The notes under the pieces: generated by a model | The model's input: the letters and a program-made list of their open reading frames with translations, nothing else | Databases searched by the model: none | What the model was told of the DNA's origin: nothing | Shown here: piece after piece, positions 47,958-57,898 of the stretch | Numbering within the stretch: position 1 is the stretch's first letter | Layout: every line of letters begins with the position of its first letter | Made by a program: the position numbers and the translations under genes | Assembly (NCBI GenBank): GCA_937892155.1 | Contig: CALAUG010000045.1 | Span: 81-64,080 of the forward strand | Direction of reading: 5' to 3' | Length of the DNA stretch: 64,000 nt | Source: an uncultured Bacteroidales bacterium | Lineage (GTDB): Bacteria > Bacteroidota > Bacteroidia > Bacteroidales > UBA1715

Positions 47958-48926
47958 GTGGTGGAAAATAATGCAATTATTGAAAATGCTAAGCGAATCA
48001 TTATAGAGGAATCGCAGTCTATCAGCAATTTATCAAATTATTTGGATGATAATTTTCCTACTGTTGTCAAGGAAATACTTGCAACTAAAGGTCGTCTTGT
48101 TATTACTGGTATAGGGAAAAGTGCATTGATTGCTCAAAAAATTGTAGCGACAATGAATTCAACAGGAACACCTTCGTTGTTTATGCATGCGGCGGAAGCG
48201 ATTCACGGTGATTTGGGTATGATTCAAAAAGACGATGTGGTTCTTTGTATTTCCAAAAGTGGTAATACGCCGGAAATCAAAGTTTTGATACCATTATTAA
48301 AACGTGGTGGCAATAAATTGATTGCCATGGTTTCTGAAAAAACTTCATATTTGGCTGAACATGCTGATTATGTCCTATATGCCCACGTTGATCGTGAAGC
48401 TGATATAAATAATCTTGCTCCGACAAATAGTACTACTGCGCAATTAGTTATGGGAGACACGTTGGCAATGTGCCTTTTGGAGCAGCGGAAATTTACGCCG
48501 CAGGATTTTGCAAAGTACCATCCCGGTGGAGCTTTGGGGAAACGTATGTATATGCGTGTCGACGATATTTTTATAGAAGAAAATGCTCCCCGCGTCGTAG
48601 CATCAACAAAAATACCAGACGTTATTATTGAAATTTCATCGAAACGTCTCGGTGCAACTGCTGTTGTCGATGAAAAAGGTTCGTTGCTTGGAATAATAAC
48701 CGATGGCGATTTGCGAAGAATGCTGGAAAAAAACACCAATCTCAGCGAAGCAAAAGCTATAGATATAATGACAAAAAATCCAAAAACTATCAGCCGCAAT
48801 GAGTTGGCTGTAAAAGCTTTTGAAAAAATGGAGAAAAATAGTATCACGCAACTAGTTGTGACGGATGGTGATACCTACTTGGGAATGATACATTTACACG
48901 ATTTATTGAAAGAAGGAATTGTGTAA
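47958..48926 (+). CDS. kpsF: arabinose-5-phosphate isomerase (SIS plus tandem CBS), KpsF/GutQ family
   Basis: GRLVITGIGKSALIAQKI, HGDLGM and two CBS modules. GTG start at 47958 as given in the ORF track. Confidence 0.88.
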   Translation: MVENNAIIENAKRIIIEESQSISNLSNYLDDNFPTVVKEILATKGRLVITGIGKSALIAQKIVATMNSTGTPSLFMHAAEAIHGDLGMIQKDDVVLCISKSGNTPEIKVLIPLLKRGGNKLIAMVSEKTSYLAEHADYVLYAHVDREADINNLAPTNSTTAQLVMGDTLAMCLLEQRKFTPQDFAKYHPGGALGKRMYMRVDDIFIEENAPRVVASTKIPDVIIEISSKRLGATAVVDEKGSLLGIITDGDLRRMLEKNTNLSEAKAIDIMTKNPKTISRNELAVKAFEKMEKNSITQLVVTDGDTYLGMIHLHDLLKEGIV

Positions 48927-48993
48927 AATAAACGTTAAACAACGAGAATTTAACGTTGAACTTAAAATTTTTGTGTGAGAATAGCTGACAATT

Positions 48994-50244
48994 ATGAAAC
49001 GTAGTGATTTAGAAATAATGGCTCCGGTTGGTTCGTACGAATCACTAATGGCTGCCATTCAAGCGGGAGCAAATTCGGTTTATTTCGGCATAGAAATGTT
49101 GAATATGCGTGCACGCTCGTCAAATAATTTCACAACGGAAGATTTGGCAAACATTGTAAAGATTTGCAACGAACACGGCATAAAATCATATTTGACGGTA
49201 AATACAATCATTTACGACAAGGATATGGAAACCTTGCACAAAGTGATGAAAGCTGCCAAAGAAAACCACGTTTCTGCTATTATTGCCTGCGATATTGCCG
49301 CAATTCAATGCGCTATGGAATATGGCGTTGAAGTGCATATCTCTACTCAATTAAACATTTCAAACACGCAAGCGGTGAAATTTTTTTCTCAATACGCCGA
49401 CGTTGTTGTGCTTGCCCGCGAATTGAACCTTATGCAGGTTAAAGAAATTTACAAGGCAATTCAGAATGAACATATTTGTGGTCCTAAAGGCGAATTGGTA
49501 AAGTTGGAAATGTTTTGCCACGGTGCACTTTGTCAGGCAATTTCGGGGAAATGTTACCTTAGTCTTCACGAAAAAAATTATTCTGCAAATAAAGGTGCTT
49601 GTCTGCAAACGTGCCGAAAAGCATATATCGTTACGGAAAAAGAAACTGGCAACGAATTGGAAATCGACAACGAATACATAATGTCGCCAAAAGATTTATG
49701 TACGATTGGTTTTCTTGACGAATTGGTTGAATCGGGCGTCCGTGTAATGAAAATTGAAGGTCGTGCCCGTAGTGCGGAATATGTAAAAACTGTGGTTGAA
49801 TGTTACAACGAGGCGTTGGAGGAAATCATTGCTGGCACATATAACGACAATAAAGAGGAAAAAGTTGCTGCTTGGAAAGAACGTCTTTCGCGCGTTTTCA
49901 ACCGCGGATTTTGGAACGGCTATTACCTGGGACAACGTTTAGGAGAATGGAGCACTCACTATGGAAGCAGTGCAACAAAAACAAAAATTGCAATCGGGAA
50001 ATGCACAAATTATTTCTCGAATTTGAATGTTGCCGAATTCCTTATGCAATCGGATGAATTGTGCCAAGGTGATGAAATTCTTATTACTGGACCAACAACT
50101 GGCGTAATAGAAATGAAAGCCGAAGACATTCGTGTCGATTTGAAAACAGTTGAAAAAACAGTAAAAGGAGATCTGTTTTCGATGAAGACAGATAAAATCC
50201 GTCGAGGAGACAAACTTTATAAAGTTATAGATTCCAATAAATAA
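48994..50244 (+). CDS. peptidase U32 family protein
   Basis: LEIMAPVGSYESLMAAIQAGANSVYFG N-terminus and EGRARSAEYV are typical of U32. 416 aa. Confidence 0.83.
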   Translation: MKRSDLEIMAPVGSYESLMAAIQAGANSVYFGIEMLNMRARSSNNFTTEDLANIVKICNEHGIKSYLTVNTIIYDKDMETLHKVMKAAKENHVSAIIACDIAAIQCAMEYGVEVHISTQLNISNTQAVKFFSQYADVVVLARELNLMQVKEIYKAIQNEHICGPKGELVKLEMFCHGALCQAISGKCYLSLHEKNYSANKGACLQTCRKAYIVTEKETGNELEIDNEYIMSPKDLCTIGFLDELVESGVRVMKIEGRARSAEYVKTVVECYNEALEEIIAGTYNDNKEEKVAAWKERLSRVFNRGFWNGYYLGQRLGEWSTHYGSSATKTKIAIGKCTNYFSNLNVAEFLMQSDELCQGDEILITGPTTGVIEMKAEDIRVDLKTVEKTVKGDLFSMKTDKIRRGDKLYKVIDSNK

Positions 50245-50250
50245 TTGCCC

Positions 50251-51543
50251 ATGGCAATACGGCAAAAAGTAGCGAAGATTCTTTCGTCCGACATTACTAA
50301 AAATTCGGCGAAACTACTCTCTGCAAACCTATTAGTGCAAATTATTGGATTACTCGTTTATCCTATTTTAACTCGTTTGTATTCTCCGGAAAACTTCGGA
50401 CTATTTAATCTTTTTATCAGCATTTCCGGATTTTTAGTTCTTTTAGCAACCGCAGAATTTCAAAATGCAATTTTACTTCCGAAAGAACAAGAGAAAGCAG
50501 TCGCTTGTTTTCACACAGGCTTTTTTATCGCCATTTTTGTTTGTGTTGTTTTAGTTTGCTCAATTCCTTTTTCGGAACAAATTGCAAATTTTTTTAATGC
50601 ACCAATTTTGGCACATTGGTATTGGACTGTTCCTGTGTTTGTTTTTATATCTTCTTTTTGGACTCTGATAAATTATTGGTACACAAGGGAAAAATTGTTT
50701 AATCAAATTCGAAATTATCAAATTACTCAATGTTTGACCAACGCGACAGCAAAATGTGGATTTGGGTTTGTTAAATTAACAGGCGGCGGGCTTATCTATT
50801 CTGCACTGATTTCTCCTATAATTGCATTGACTGTCAGTATTATACTCACATTCAAAAACCATCTAAAACCTTTACTTTCTTTCAATAAGAAAAATTGTCT
50901 TTCTGTCTTACACGAATATTCAAATTTTCCAAAATTTTCTTTGCCGCGAGCATTATTGAACTTTTTTAGCGGGAATATTTTGATTTATATACTAACACCT
51001 TTCTACGGATTGAAAGAAATTGGAATTCTTGGAATGGCAATCACTTTGGCGTTTAGACCAATTGAATTGTTATCGAATTCATTATATCAAGTTCTTTTTC
51101 AAAAAACCAGCGAGAAAGTTACTAATCGAGAAAGCATACGTAAATACTACCGAAAATTTTTGTTGATAACAAGCAGTGTCGTAATCCCCTGTTTCACAAT
51201 CGTTTGTTTATTCCTGCCAGACGTGACTGAATTTTTGTTGGGACAAGAATGGCGAAAAACTGGCGAATGCATTTTCTGGATGTTCCCTTGGTTGTTTGCT
51301 GTTATTCTTACATCTCCAATTTCATATTTGCCAGATATTTTTCAAAAGCAAAAAATAGGATTACTTTTTGAAATAGCACTTATTGCCGCGCGTATAGTTG
51401 CTATTTTTTTGGGCATTTTTCTTGATGAGGGTTTTTTCTTGATAATCTTTTTGTACAGCTTCGCAAGTGCAATTGTGATTGGTTTACAATTAAATTGGTA
51501 CTGCAAATTAATCAACAACTACGAACAAGAAATTTTGCAATAA
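50251..51543 (+). CDS. oligosaccharide flippase family protein (Wzx-like)
   Basis: ~12 TM helices. N-terminus LLSANLLVQIIGLLVYPILTRLYSPENFG is typical of the family. ATG at 50251 (TTG at 50245 in the ORF track). Confidence 0.7.
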   Translation: MAIRQKVAKILSSDITKNSAKLLSANLLVQIIGLLVYPILTRLYSPENFGLFNLFISISGFLVLLATAEFQNAILLPKEQEKAVACFHTGFFIAIFVCVVLVCSIPFSEQIANFFNAPILAHWYWTVPVFVFISSFWTLINYWYTREKLFNQIRNYQITQCLTNATAKCGFGFVKLTGGGLIYSALISPIIALTVSIILTFKNHLKPLLSFNKKNCLSVLHEYSNFPKFSLPRALLNFFSGNILIYILTPFYGLKEIGILGMAITLAFRPIELLSNSLYQVLFQKTSEKVTNRESIRKYYRKFLLITSSVVIPCFTIVCLFLPDVTEFLLGQEWRKTGECIFWMFPWLFAVILTSPISYLPDIFQKQKIGLLFEIALIAARIVAIFLGIFLDEGFFLIIFLYSFASAIVIGLQLNWYCKLINNYEQEILQ

Positions 51544-53273
51544 TTTACGCAAGCCAATAAGGTAATAACCTGTAATTGTTCCATCACAACACCATTTTCA
51601 AACAGCGAAATTGCCGCCTGTTTCAAATTTGAATCAAAATTCAGTAGTTTAATATTTGAAATGTAGTACTGATTGATTGCTTCTCGTAAAGAATCATTTC
51701 TTTCTATCCACGAATCCATTGGATTCATTGAATCACCCAATGTTGTCCGTTCAAAATTATACACTCTCGTTTTCTTCAAAAGAAACATTACAATCCGTCT
51801 GGGAACCGTATTCAAAGGCATTCGTCTTCCACAAAGAGAAATTTCGCACTTGCCTGATTTTATTTTACGTTTCCCGTTATGTAACCATTTTGCCGCTTCT
51901 GGATATTTATTTATAATCCATGCGTCGTACAATTTATAACCCCAACGTTTGTGAAAATCAACAGAATACAAATATTCCAAAAAATCCACATCGCAAAATG
52001 GCGAATACGATTCGGTATAATTTTGAAACAAAATAGGCGAACCTAAATTGGCACAATTAAAACCACGCACATACAATGAGTAAATTTCTTGATTCTCAAA
52101 ATCATCCGAATACGATTCTGGCAAATATTTCCGCAAACAATCCAACAATTTCACTGAATAACCTTCGAAACCGTAAGTTGGTTTTTGCAATGAATCTTTT
52201 TTAGTGTACGATGTCCCCACAACATCGCCTCCATGCATTCCCGTACCTATTACTCCCACATTTTCTAAATCTACCGAACTAAAACCATACGCCGTTTGTG
52301 CAATGCCACTATAATGAATAACCCCACACGACAATTGTACACTTTCGTCTATTGATTTTAAATAATCTCCACCATCAAGCGCTTGAAATGTCATTGAATT
52401 TCCTAAAAAAGCAGCAATTTCTTTAGGAATAATTTCGTCGTAATATCCATTTTGTGAATAAGTTACATTTTTGATTGGTTTGTTTGTCAATTGATGTGCA
52501 ACCCAATTAGTCATCCGTGAATCCAAACCTGCACTCAAAGGCATACAATTTTCGTAACCATATTGTTCGTTTTTACTTAAAATGCGTTTCACTGCCTGAC
52601 GAAACAGCACATCTAAAGTTTCTATGGTTTCTGAAATAGATTTTTGTACAGGATTATTTTGAAACTGATGATATTGTTTTAATTCCAACGTGCCTTTTTC
52701 AATTCTCACATAATGTCCAGCTGGAATACGTGAAATTCCATCTATTAACGTATGGCAATTTGGTGAATAAGCAAACGTCAACATTGAATATGAGAATTGC
52801 TTATCATATTGTAATTCAAATCGTTGCGATAATGATTCAAACAAAACATGTAAATCCGATGCAAAGAAATGGTTCCCTTCTTTAGTTGTGTAAAACAACA
52901 ACTTGCTGCCAATTTGGTCGTTATAAATCAACAACAAATCTTTTCCCTTATCGTATAAAATGCCCGAAAACGAACCACGAAAAACATTGAAAAACTGTTC
53001 ACCTAATTTGTTGTACAGCAATGGAATCAGTTGCTCTAAATTTGTTACTTCATATAAATCAAATAATTCCGATAAATTAAGAATAACGCCTTCTGTTGAA
53101 AAAAACAAATTGTCGAGTTGTACAAAAACCTTGTCGTGCTCAAATTTTTGAAGTGTTTTTTGTTGAATGGAAAACTCTCCCGATGAAAAATTTCGCGTTA
53201 TAGTTTTTCCTTCAATTTTTGACAAATCAAACTCCACATTTATTGAACCATATTTCCCGAAATAACCGTACAT
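51519..53273 (-). CDS. asparagine-synthase-like adenylating enzyme lacking the N-terminal Cys nucleophile
   Basis: Starts MYGYFG instead of MCG. PP-loop-like PLSAGLDSR. 584 aa. Its 3-prime end overlaps the convergent flippase gene by 25 nt. Confidence 0.68.
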   Translation of the reverse strand: MYGYFGKYGSINVEFDLSKIEGKTITRNFSSGEFSIQQKTLQKFEHDKVFVQLDNLFFSTEGVILNLSELFDLYEVTNLEQLIPLLYNKLGEQFFNVFRGSFSGILYDKGKDLLLIYNDQIGSKLLFYTTKEGNHFFASDLHVLFESLSQRFELQYDKQFSYSMLTFAYSPNCHTLIDGISRIPAGHYVRIEKGTLELKQYHQFQNNPVQKSISETIETLDVLFRQAVKRILSKNEQYGYENCMPLSAGLDSRMTNWVAHQLTNKPIKNVTYSQNGYYDEIIPKEIAAFLGNSMTFQALDGGDYLKSIDESVQLSCGVIHYSGIAQTAYGFSSVDLENVGVIGTGMHGGDVVGTSYTKKDSLQKPTYGFEGYSVKLLDCLRKYLPESYSDDFENQEIYSLYVRGFNCANLGSPILFQNYTESYSPFCDVDFLEYLYSVDFHKRWGYKLYDAWIINKYPEAAKWLHNGKRKIKSGKCEISLCGRRMPLNTVPRRIVMFLLKKTRVYNFERTTLGDSMNPMDSWIERNDSLREAINQYYISNIKLLNFDSNLKQAAISLFENGVVMEQLQVITLLACVNYCKISCS

Positions 53274-54431
53274 CTATATTTGTTCGTAAATATCAAGTAA
53301 TTTTTTCCCAACTGCGTCAAACGAAAATTGTTTTGCCGATTCACGAATAGTTTCAGCACTGAACTGCGAATAATTGTCCAACATCCAATTCATCTCTTTT
53401 GTAAGTGCTGCTTCGTTTCCCACTGGTATTATTCTTCCATTTTGTTCTGTGATAATTGATTGAGCGAATCCGACATCGGTTGTGATAACTGGTTTTCCAC
53501 AAGCAAGACTTTCTGATATGACAACGGGGGCATTTTCGTAATTAGAAAATAAAACAAAGAAATCACTTTGGTAGAAGTTTTGACAAACTTCTTCTGGTTG
53601 CTTTTCTCCGAGAAAAACAACAAATCCTTCTAATTTGAGTTTGTGCGCATAATTTTGTACGTCATTGAAATCCTCTCCAGTTCCAATTATAATCAGTTCA
53701 AAATCATTCCGTAATTGTCTTAATTTATCAACACTGTTCAACAGACCTTTGACATTTTTGGCTCTTTCAGAAAAACAAGATACATGTAGAATGCGTTTTT
53801 TAGTACGGAAAAGTTTTACTTGTGGTATATAAAAAAAATCATCTACAACATTGTTGATAGTACAGTGTTTTTTATTGTGCAAACCGTTGTTTTCCATTGC
53901 GCTATACAAACTTTGAGAAACCGTCATGACACAAGATGCGTGTTTCACAATAGTTTGTGTTGTCAACTTTCGTATGAAGCCAGAATAGGAAAGATTGCTT
54001 GGTAAATATCGTGTCCAATGTTCTACTATTACAAACGGTATTTTTTGTGTTTTTTTAAGATAAAATGAAAAAACGCCAGCTCGTGTTAAAACATTGGTTT
54101 GAGTAATATTAGGTTTTCCAAATTGCTGAAGGATAATTTTATATCCAATTTTGAAAGATCTCCAGTAATTAATGATTTTAGAAAATTTTTTTAAAATTTT
54201 CTTTTTGCAAAACGGGTAGTAAATAAAAATTTCTTTTACTCCGTCGGTTTCTTGTTCTACAATTTCAAACTCCGAAACATTTTCGTCGGCATACGGAAAC
54301 AATACACAAACATCTGCAAAACGAGAAACGGCCAATGCATGTTTTCTTACAAACAATCCAGCCATTGCATCGTAACGATGCGGATACCATGCGGAAAAAA
54401 ATAATATTTTTAGTCGAGGTGAATTTGTCAA
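53274..54431 (-). CDS. glycosyltransferase family 4 (GT-B)
   Basis: N-terminus KILFFSAWYPHRYDAMAGLFVRKHA. C-terminal E..(7)E-type region NYENAPVVISESLACGKPVITTDVG. Confidence 0.8.
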   Translation of the reverse strand: MTNSPRLKILFFSAWYPHRYDAMAGLFVRKHALAVSRFADVCVLFPYADENVSEFEIVEQETDGVKEIFIYYPFCKKKILKKFSKIINYWRSFKIGYKIILQQFGKPNITQTNVLTRAGVFSFYLKKTQKIPFVIVEHWTRYLPSNLSYSGFIRKLTTQTIVKHASCVMTVSQSLYSAMENNGLHNKKHCTINNVVDDFFYIPQVKLFRTKKRILHVSCFSERAKNVKGLLNSVDKLRQLRNDFELIIIGTGEDFNDVQNYAHKLKLEGFVVFLGEKQPEEVCQNFYQSDFFVLFSNYENAPVVISESLACGKPVITTDVGFAQSIITEQNGRIIPVGNEAALTKEMNWMLDNYSQFSAETIRESAKQFSFDAVGKKLLDIYEQI

Positions 54432-54487
54432 TTTTTTGGAGAATATGTGAAAACAAAAAAGGATGAATCTTCTGACTCATCCTTTTG

Positions 54488-54560
54488 TGGAGAGGGGCGG
54501 GATCGAACCGCCGACGCCAGGATTTTCAGTCCTGTGCTCTACCGACTGAGCTACCACTCC
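54488..54560 (-). tRNA. tRNA-Phe (anticodon GAA)
   Basis: Hand-folded: GGAGTGG-TA-GCTC-AGTCGGTA-GAGC-A-CAGGA-CTGAAAA-TCCTG-GCGTC-GGCGG-TTCGATC-CCGCC-CCTCTCC-A. There is one U-U mismatch at acceptor pair 5-68. Confidence 0.9.
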
Positions 54561-54572
54561 GAATTGGTGAGG

Positions 54573-54580
54573 CAAAAGTA
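54573..54580 (-). promoter_or_regulatory. Bacteroidota -7 promoter box TACTTTTG for tRNA-Phe
   Basis: Exact TAnnTTTG match 12 nt upstream of the tRNA 5-prime end, with the same octamer and spacing as tRNA-Thr. Confidence 0.55.
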
Positions 54581-54654
54581 GTGATAATTTTCAATTCTCA
54601 AAATAAAACAATGTTTTTTTTGCTTTTATACACAAAAAACGATACATATTTACT

Positions 54655-55239
54655 TTATTTAGAGTTAATTACGCTTGCAATGGAAGGAAACGTATTTGCG
54701 AAGACTTTCGCGAAATCTTGCTGCTTTAACCACTGTAGCTCCGTAATTTGTTCTTCGGTTTGCGGTTTGCTGTCTTGGTTTTTCGTTGCCTCCATATCGT
54801 ACCAATAGGTTTGTTTTAGAATGTTTTTTCCATGTAACTCATAGGTGTGCCATGTGGAACATCTATATTGTTTCATTGTTACATTCTGTAATCCAGTTTC
54901 TTCCTGCACTTCCCGGATTGCTGCAATTTCTGGAGTTTCTCCAGCTTCAAGTTTTCCTTTAGGTAAATCCCATTTTTCTCTTCTAAATATAAATAGATAC
55001 TCGTCAAATTCGTTCTTAATAAATCCTCCAGCTGCTTCTATGTATGTGAAGTTTGATTTTAACTTGTTGAGCAGATCTAAAACATTTTCACTGTATAAAA
55101 TAACAGTGCTTTGTTGTTGTAAAGAATCAATTGCGGATAAAATGTCCGCATTATCCTTGAATTTTTTTTCGAAATGATTTTTGTCGTCTGTAAGTACGAG
55201 ACTTTTTTCGTCAAAGTAAATTGTGTATTCCATAGTCAT
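54655..55239 (-). CDS. NUDIX hydrolase with N-terminal extra domain
   Basis: Nudix box GKLEAGETPEIAAIREVQEETGL. Confidence 0.82.
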   Translation of the reverse strand: MTMEYTIYFDEKSLVLTDDKNHFEKKFKDNADILSAIDSLQQQSTVILYSENVLDLLNKLKSNFTYIEAAGGFIKNEFDEYLFIFRREKWDLPKGKLEAGETPEIAAIREVQEETGLQNVTMKQYRCSTWHTYELHGKNILKQTYWYDMEATKNQDSKPQTEEQITELQWLKQQDFAKVFANTFPSIASVINSK

Positions 55240-55324
55240 ATTTTGATGTACAATAATAAAAAAGAATTATGAATATTAATCGCATTACTCTGGTTTTCTC
55301 TGCTACAAACAAATTACATTTTTT

Positions 55325-55332
55325 TACTTTTG
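55325..55332 (+). promoter_or_regulatory. candidate -7 promoter box TACTTTTG immediately upstream of azlC ATG 55338
   Basis: TAnnTTTG match. Implies a very short or leaderless 5-prime UTR and argues against the longer ORF start at 55269. Confidence 0.3.
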
Positions 55333-55337
55333 TAGTG

Positions 55338-56060
55338 ATGAAACATGGAAGAATAAGAAAGGCTTTTTTTAATGGCGTACGTGACGGTTTCCCGATAGGA
55401 ATGGGTTATTTTGCAGTCGCGTTCTCTTTGGGCATTGTTGCCCAATCGGCGGGATTAAATGCGATAGAAGGTTTTTTTGCAAGTCTTTTTAATGTCGCGT
55501 CTGCGGGAGAATATGCTCTATTTACGTCTGTTAAAGCTGGAGCAACTTACATTGAAGTAGCTCTTGCCACATTTATAATCAATGCCCGTTATTTATTGAT
55601 GAGCTGCTCGTTGAGTCAGAAATTTTCGCCGAGCACGGGGTTTTCTCATCGTTTGTTTGTAGGTTTTGGTATTACTGATGAAATTTTTGGAATTTCTATT
55701 GCGCGTCCTGGGCGATTAATGCCTGCATACAATTATGGTGCTATGGCAATCTCAATACCGCTGTGGGCTGTAGGTACGTCATTGGGTATCTATGCTGGCG
55801 ATTTGCTTCCTGCGCGGGTTGTCAGCGCCTTCTCAGTTGCTTTGTATGGTATGTTTATAGCAATTATAGTACCTCCTGCAAAAGAAAATAAGGCGATTTT
55901 TTTCGCAATTATGATAAGTTTTATGTTAAGTTTATTATGTGCTCACGCACCGTACGTATGTGAATTGTCAGAAGGAACGCGTATTATATTACTAACGGTT
56001 GTTATCGCCGCAGCGTTAGCGGTTGTTGCACCAATACAGGATAGAATAGAGAAAATATAA
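55338..56060 (+). CDS. azlC: branched-chain amino acid exporter subunit AzlC
   Basis: GVRDGFPIGMGYFAVAFSLG, NARYLLMS motifs and multiple TM helices. Confidence 0.8.
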   Translation: MKHGRIRKAFFNGVRDGFPIGMGYFAVAFSLGIVAQSAGLNAIEGFFASLFNVASAGEYALFTSVKAGATYIEVALATFIINARYLLMSCSLSQKFSPSTGFSHRLFVGFGITDEIFGISIARPGRLMPAYNYGAMAISIPLWAVGTSLGIYAGDLLPARVVSAFSVALYGMFIAIIVPPAKENKAIFFAIMISFMLSLLCAHAPYVCELSEGTRIILLTVVIAAALAVVAPIQDRIEKI

Positions 56061-56062
56061 CT

Positions 56063-56374
56063 ATGCAAGGTAACGTGTATATATACATTTTTATCGCCGC
56101 TTTTGTGACGTATCTTATTCGTGTTCTGCCACTTACCTTAATTCGTAAGCCAATACAAAATCGTTTTATTAAGTCTTTTTTATTTTACGTTCCTTATGTT
56201 ACGTTGGCGGTAATGACGTTTCCTGCAATTATCGAAGCAACTCAATCCCCAATAGCTGGTTGTGTTGCCCTGATAGTTGGTATCGTTGCATCGTGGCTCG
56301 GTATGGGGTTATTCCCGGTGGCATGTATTTGTTGCGTGGTAGTCTTCATAATAGAATTGATTTTAGGCTTTTAA
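56063..56374 (+). CDS. azlD: branched-chain amino acid exporter subunit AzlD
   Basis: 103 aa, hydrophobic, YLIRVLPL motif, directly follows azlC. Confidence 0.75.
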   Translation: MQGNVYIYIFIAAFVTYLIRVLPLTLIRKPIQNRFIKSFLFYVPYVTLAVMTFPAIIEATQSPIAGCVALIVGIVASWLGMGLFPVACICCVVVFIIELILGF

Positions 56375-56505
56375 TTTTTATAAATAAACGTTTGTGGTTT
56401 TTGACTTTCCAATTGTTATCTAAAACAACTCTTTAATATGTTTTTTTGTTGAAAAGTGGTTAGTTACCTATGAGCAGTTTGCAAAAATAACTGCTTGTAA
56501 AATGG

Positions 56506-56513
56506 TATCTTTG
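56506..56513 (+). promoter_or_regulatory. candidate -7 promoter box TATCTTTG for pyrE
   Basis: TAnnTTTG match 17 nt upstream of ATG 56531. Confidence 0.35.
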
Positions 56514-56530
56514 CTACATAAAATGAAATA

Positions 56531-57172
56531 ATGACTATGGTAACAAACGTTGAAAGTGCTATTATTGAGAATTTGTTGCAAATCAAAGCAATAAAATTAC
56601 AACCTGAAAATCCGTTTACGTGGGCAAGTGGGTGGAAATCTCCAATTTATTGTGATAACAGAAAGACTCTTTCTTATCCTGCTGTTCGTGAATGTTTAAA
56701 GCAAGCTTTTGCAGAAAAGGTAAAGGCAATGTATCCTGATGTTGAGGTGATAGCGGGTGTGGCCACGGGCGCAATAGCAGTTGGAGTATTGGTGGCTGAG
56801 GCCTTAAATCTTCCGTTCATTTATGTCCGTTCTGCATCGAAGGATCACGGATTGGGAAATCAAATAGAGGGATACTACGAAGAGGGGCAAAAAGTTGTTG
56901 TTATTGAAGATTTGATTTCGACTGGTGGAAGCAGTTTGAAAGCTGTTGAGGCTTTGCGTGGAGCAAATGTCAACGTGTTAGGCATGTTGGCCATTTTCAC
57001 ATATCAGTTTAATGTGTCGGTTGAAGCTTTTGCCAACGCACATTGTAAAGTTGATACTCTGACGAATTACACTGCGTTGATAGAGTTGGCAACAGAAAGA
57101 AATTATATATCGCCTGCTCAAATGGAGAGCTTAAAAGAGTGGCGTCAACATCCTGACACATGGGGAAAATAA
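56531..57172 (+). CDS. pyrE: orotate phosphoribosyltransferase
   Basis: FTWASGWKSPIYCDNR and PRPP loop VVVIEDLISTGGSS. Confidence 0.93.
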   Translation: MTMVTNVESAIIENLLQIKAIKLQPENPFTWASGWKSPIYCDNRKTLSYPAVRECLKQAFAEKVKAMYPDVEVIAGVATGAIAVGVLVAEALNLPFIYVRSASKDHGLGNQIEGYYEEGQKVVVIEDLISTGGSSLKAVEALRGANVNVLGMLAIFTYQFNVSVEAFANAHCKVDTLTNYTALIELATERNYISPAQMESLKEWRQHPDTWGK

Positions 57173-57181
57173 GATAAAGAG

Positions 57182-57898
57182 ATGTCAATTTCAGTTAAAA
57201 ATTTAGTAAAAATCTATGGCACACAACGTGCGGTTGATGGTATCTCATTTGAAATACCGTCAGGCGAAATAGTTGGTTTTATAGGACCTAATGGTGCAGG
57301 GAAATCGACAACCATGAAAGTTATAACTGGTTTTTTGTCTGATTTTGATGGTGAGGTTTTCGTAAATGGAATGGATGTTCGGTCAAATCCTATAGAAGTG
57401 AAGAAAAAGATAGGTTATTTGCCAGAACATAATCCTGTATATCCAGAAATGTTTGTTCGTGAATATTTGTCATTTGTGGCAAGAATGTATGGTTTAAATG
57501 GCAATGTAGAACAAGCTGTTAATGATGTGATTGAATGTGTTGGGCTCACAAAAGAACAACATAAAAAAATATCTATGTTGTCAAAAGGTTATCGTCAACG
57601 CGTTGGGCTCGCCTCTGTTCTTATTCATAATCCCGAAGTTTTGATATTAGACGAGCCGACAACAGGTTTGGATCCAAATCAACTGATGGAAATCAGAAAT
57701 TTGATAGCGGCGGTTGGAAAATCTAAAACTGTGCTCCTGTCAACCCATATTATGCAGGAAGTGGAAGCAATTTGTGACCGTGTTATAATTGTAAATAATG
57801 GTCGTATTGTTGCTAATGGAACTCCCGAAAGTATCAAGCAAGAGAAATCTCTGGAAGAGGCTTTTCATGAATTAACACAAGGTAACGCTACTGAATGA
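57182..57898 (+). CDS. ABC transporter ATP-binding protein (no permease gene adjacent)
   Basis: Walker A GPNGAGKST, signature LSKGYRQR, Walker B VLILDEPTTGLD, H-loop STHIM. Confidence 0.88.
   Translation: MSISVKNLVKIYGTQRAVDGISFEIPSGEIVGFIGPNGAGKSTTMKVITGFLSDFDGEVFVNGMDVRSNPIEVKKKIGYLPEHNPVYPEMFVREYLSFVARMYGLNGNVEQAVNDVIECVGLTKEQHKKISMLSKGYRQRVGLASVLIHNPEVLILDEPTTGLDPNQLMEIRNLIAAVGKSKTVLLSTHIMQEVEAICDRVIIVNNGRIVANGTPESIKQEKSLEEAFHELTQGNATE

Noticed and set aside
54485-54808. 107-aa plus-strand ORF
   Set aside because: Its 5-prime part is the reverse complement of tRNA-Phe and the rest overlaps the NUDIX gene, so it is spurious.
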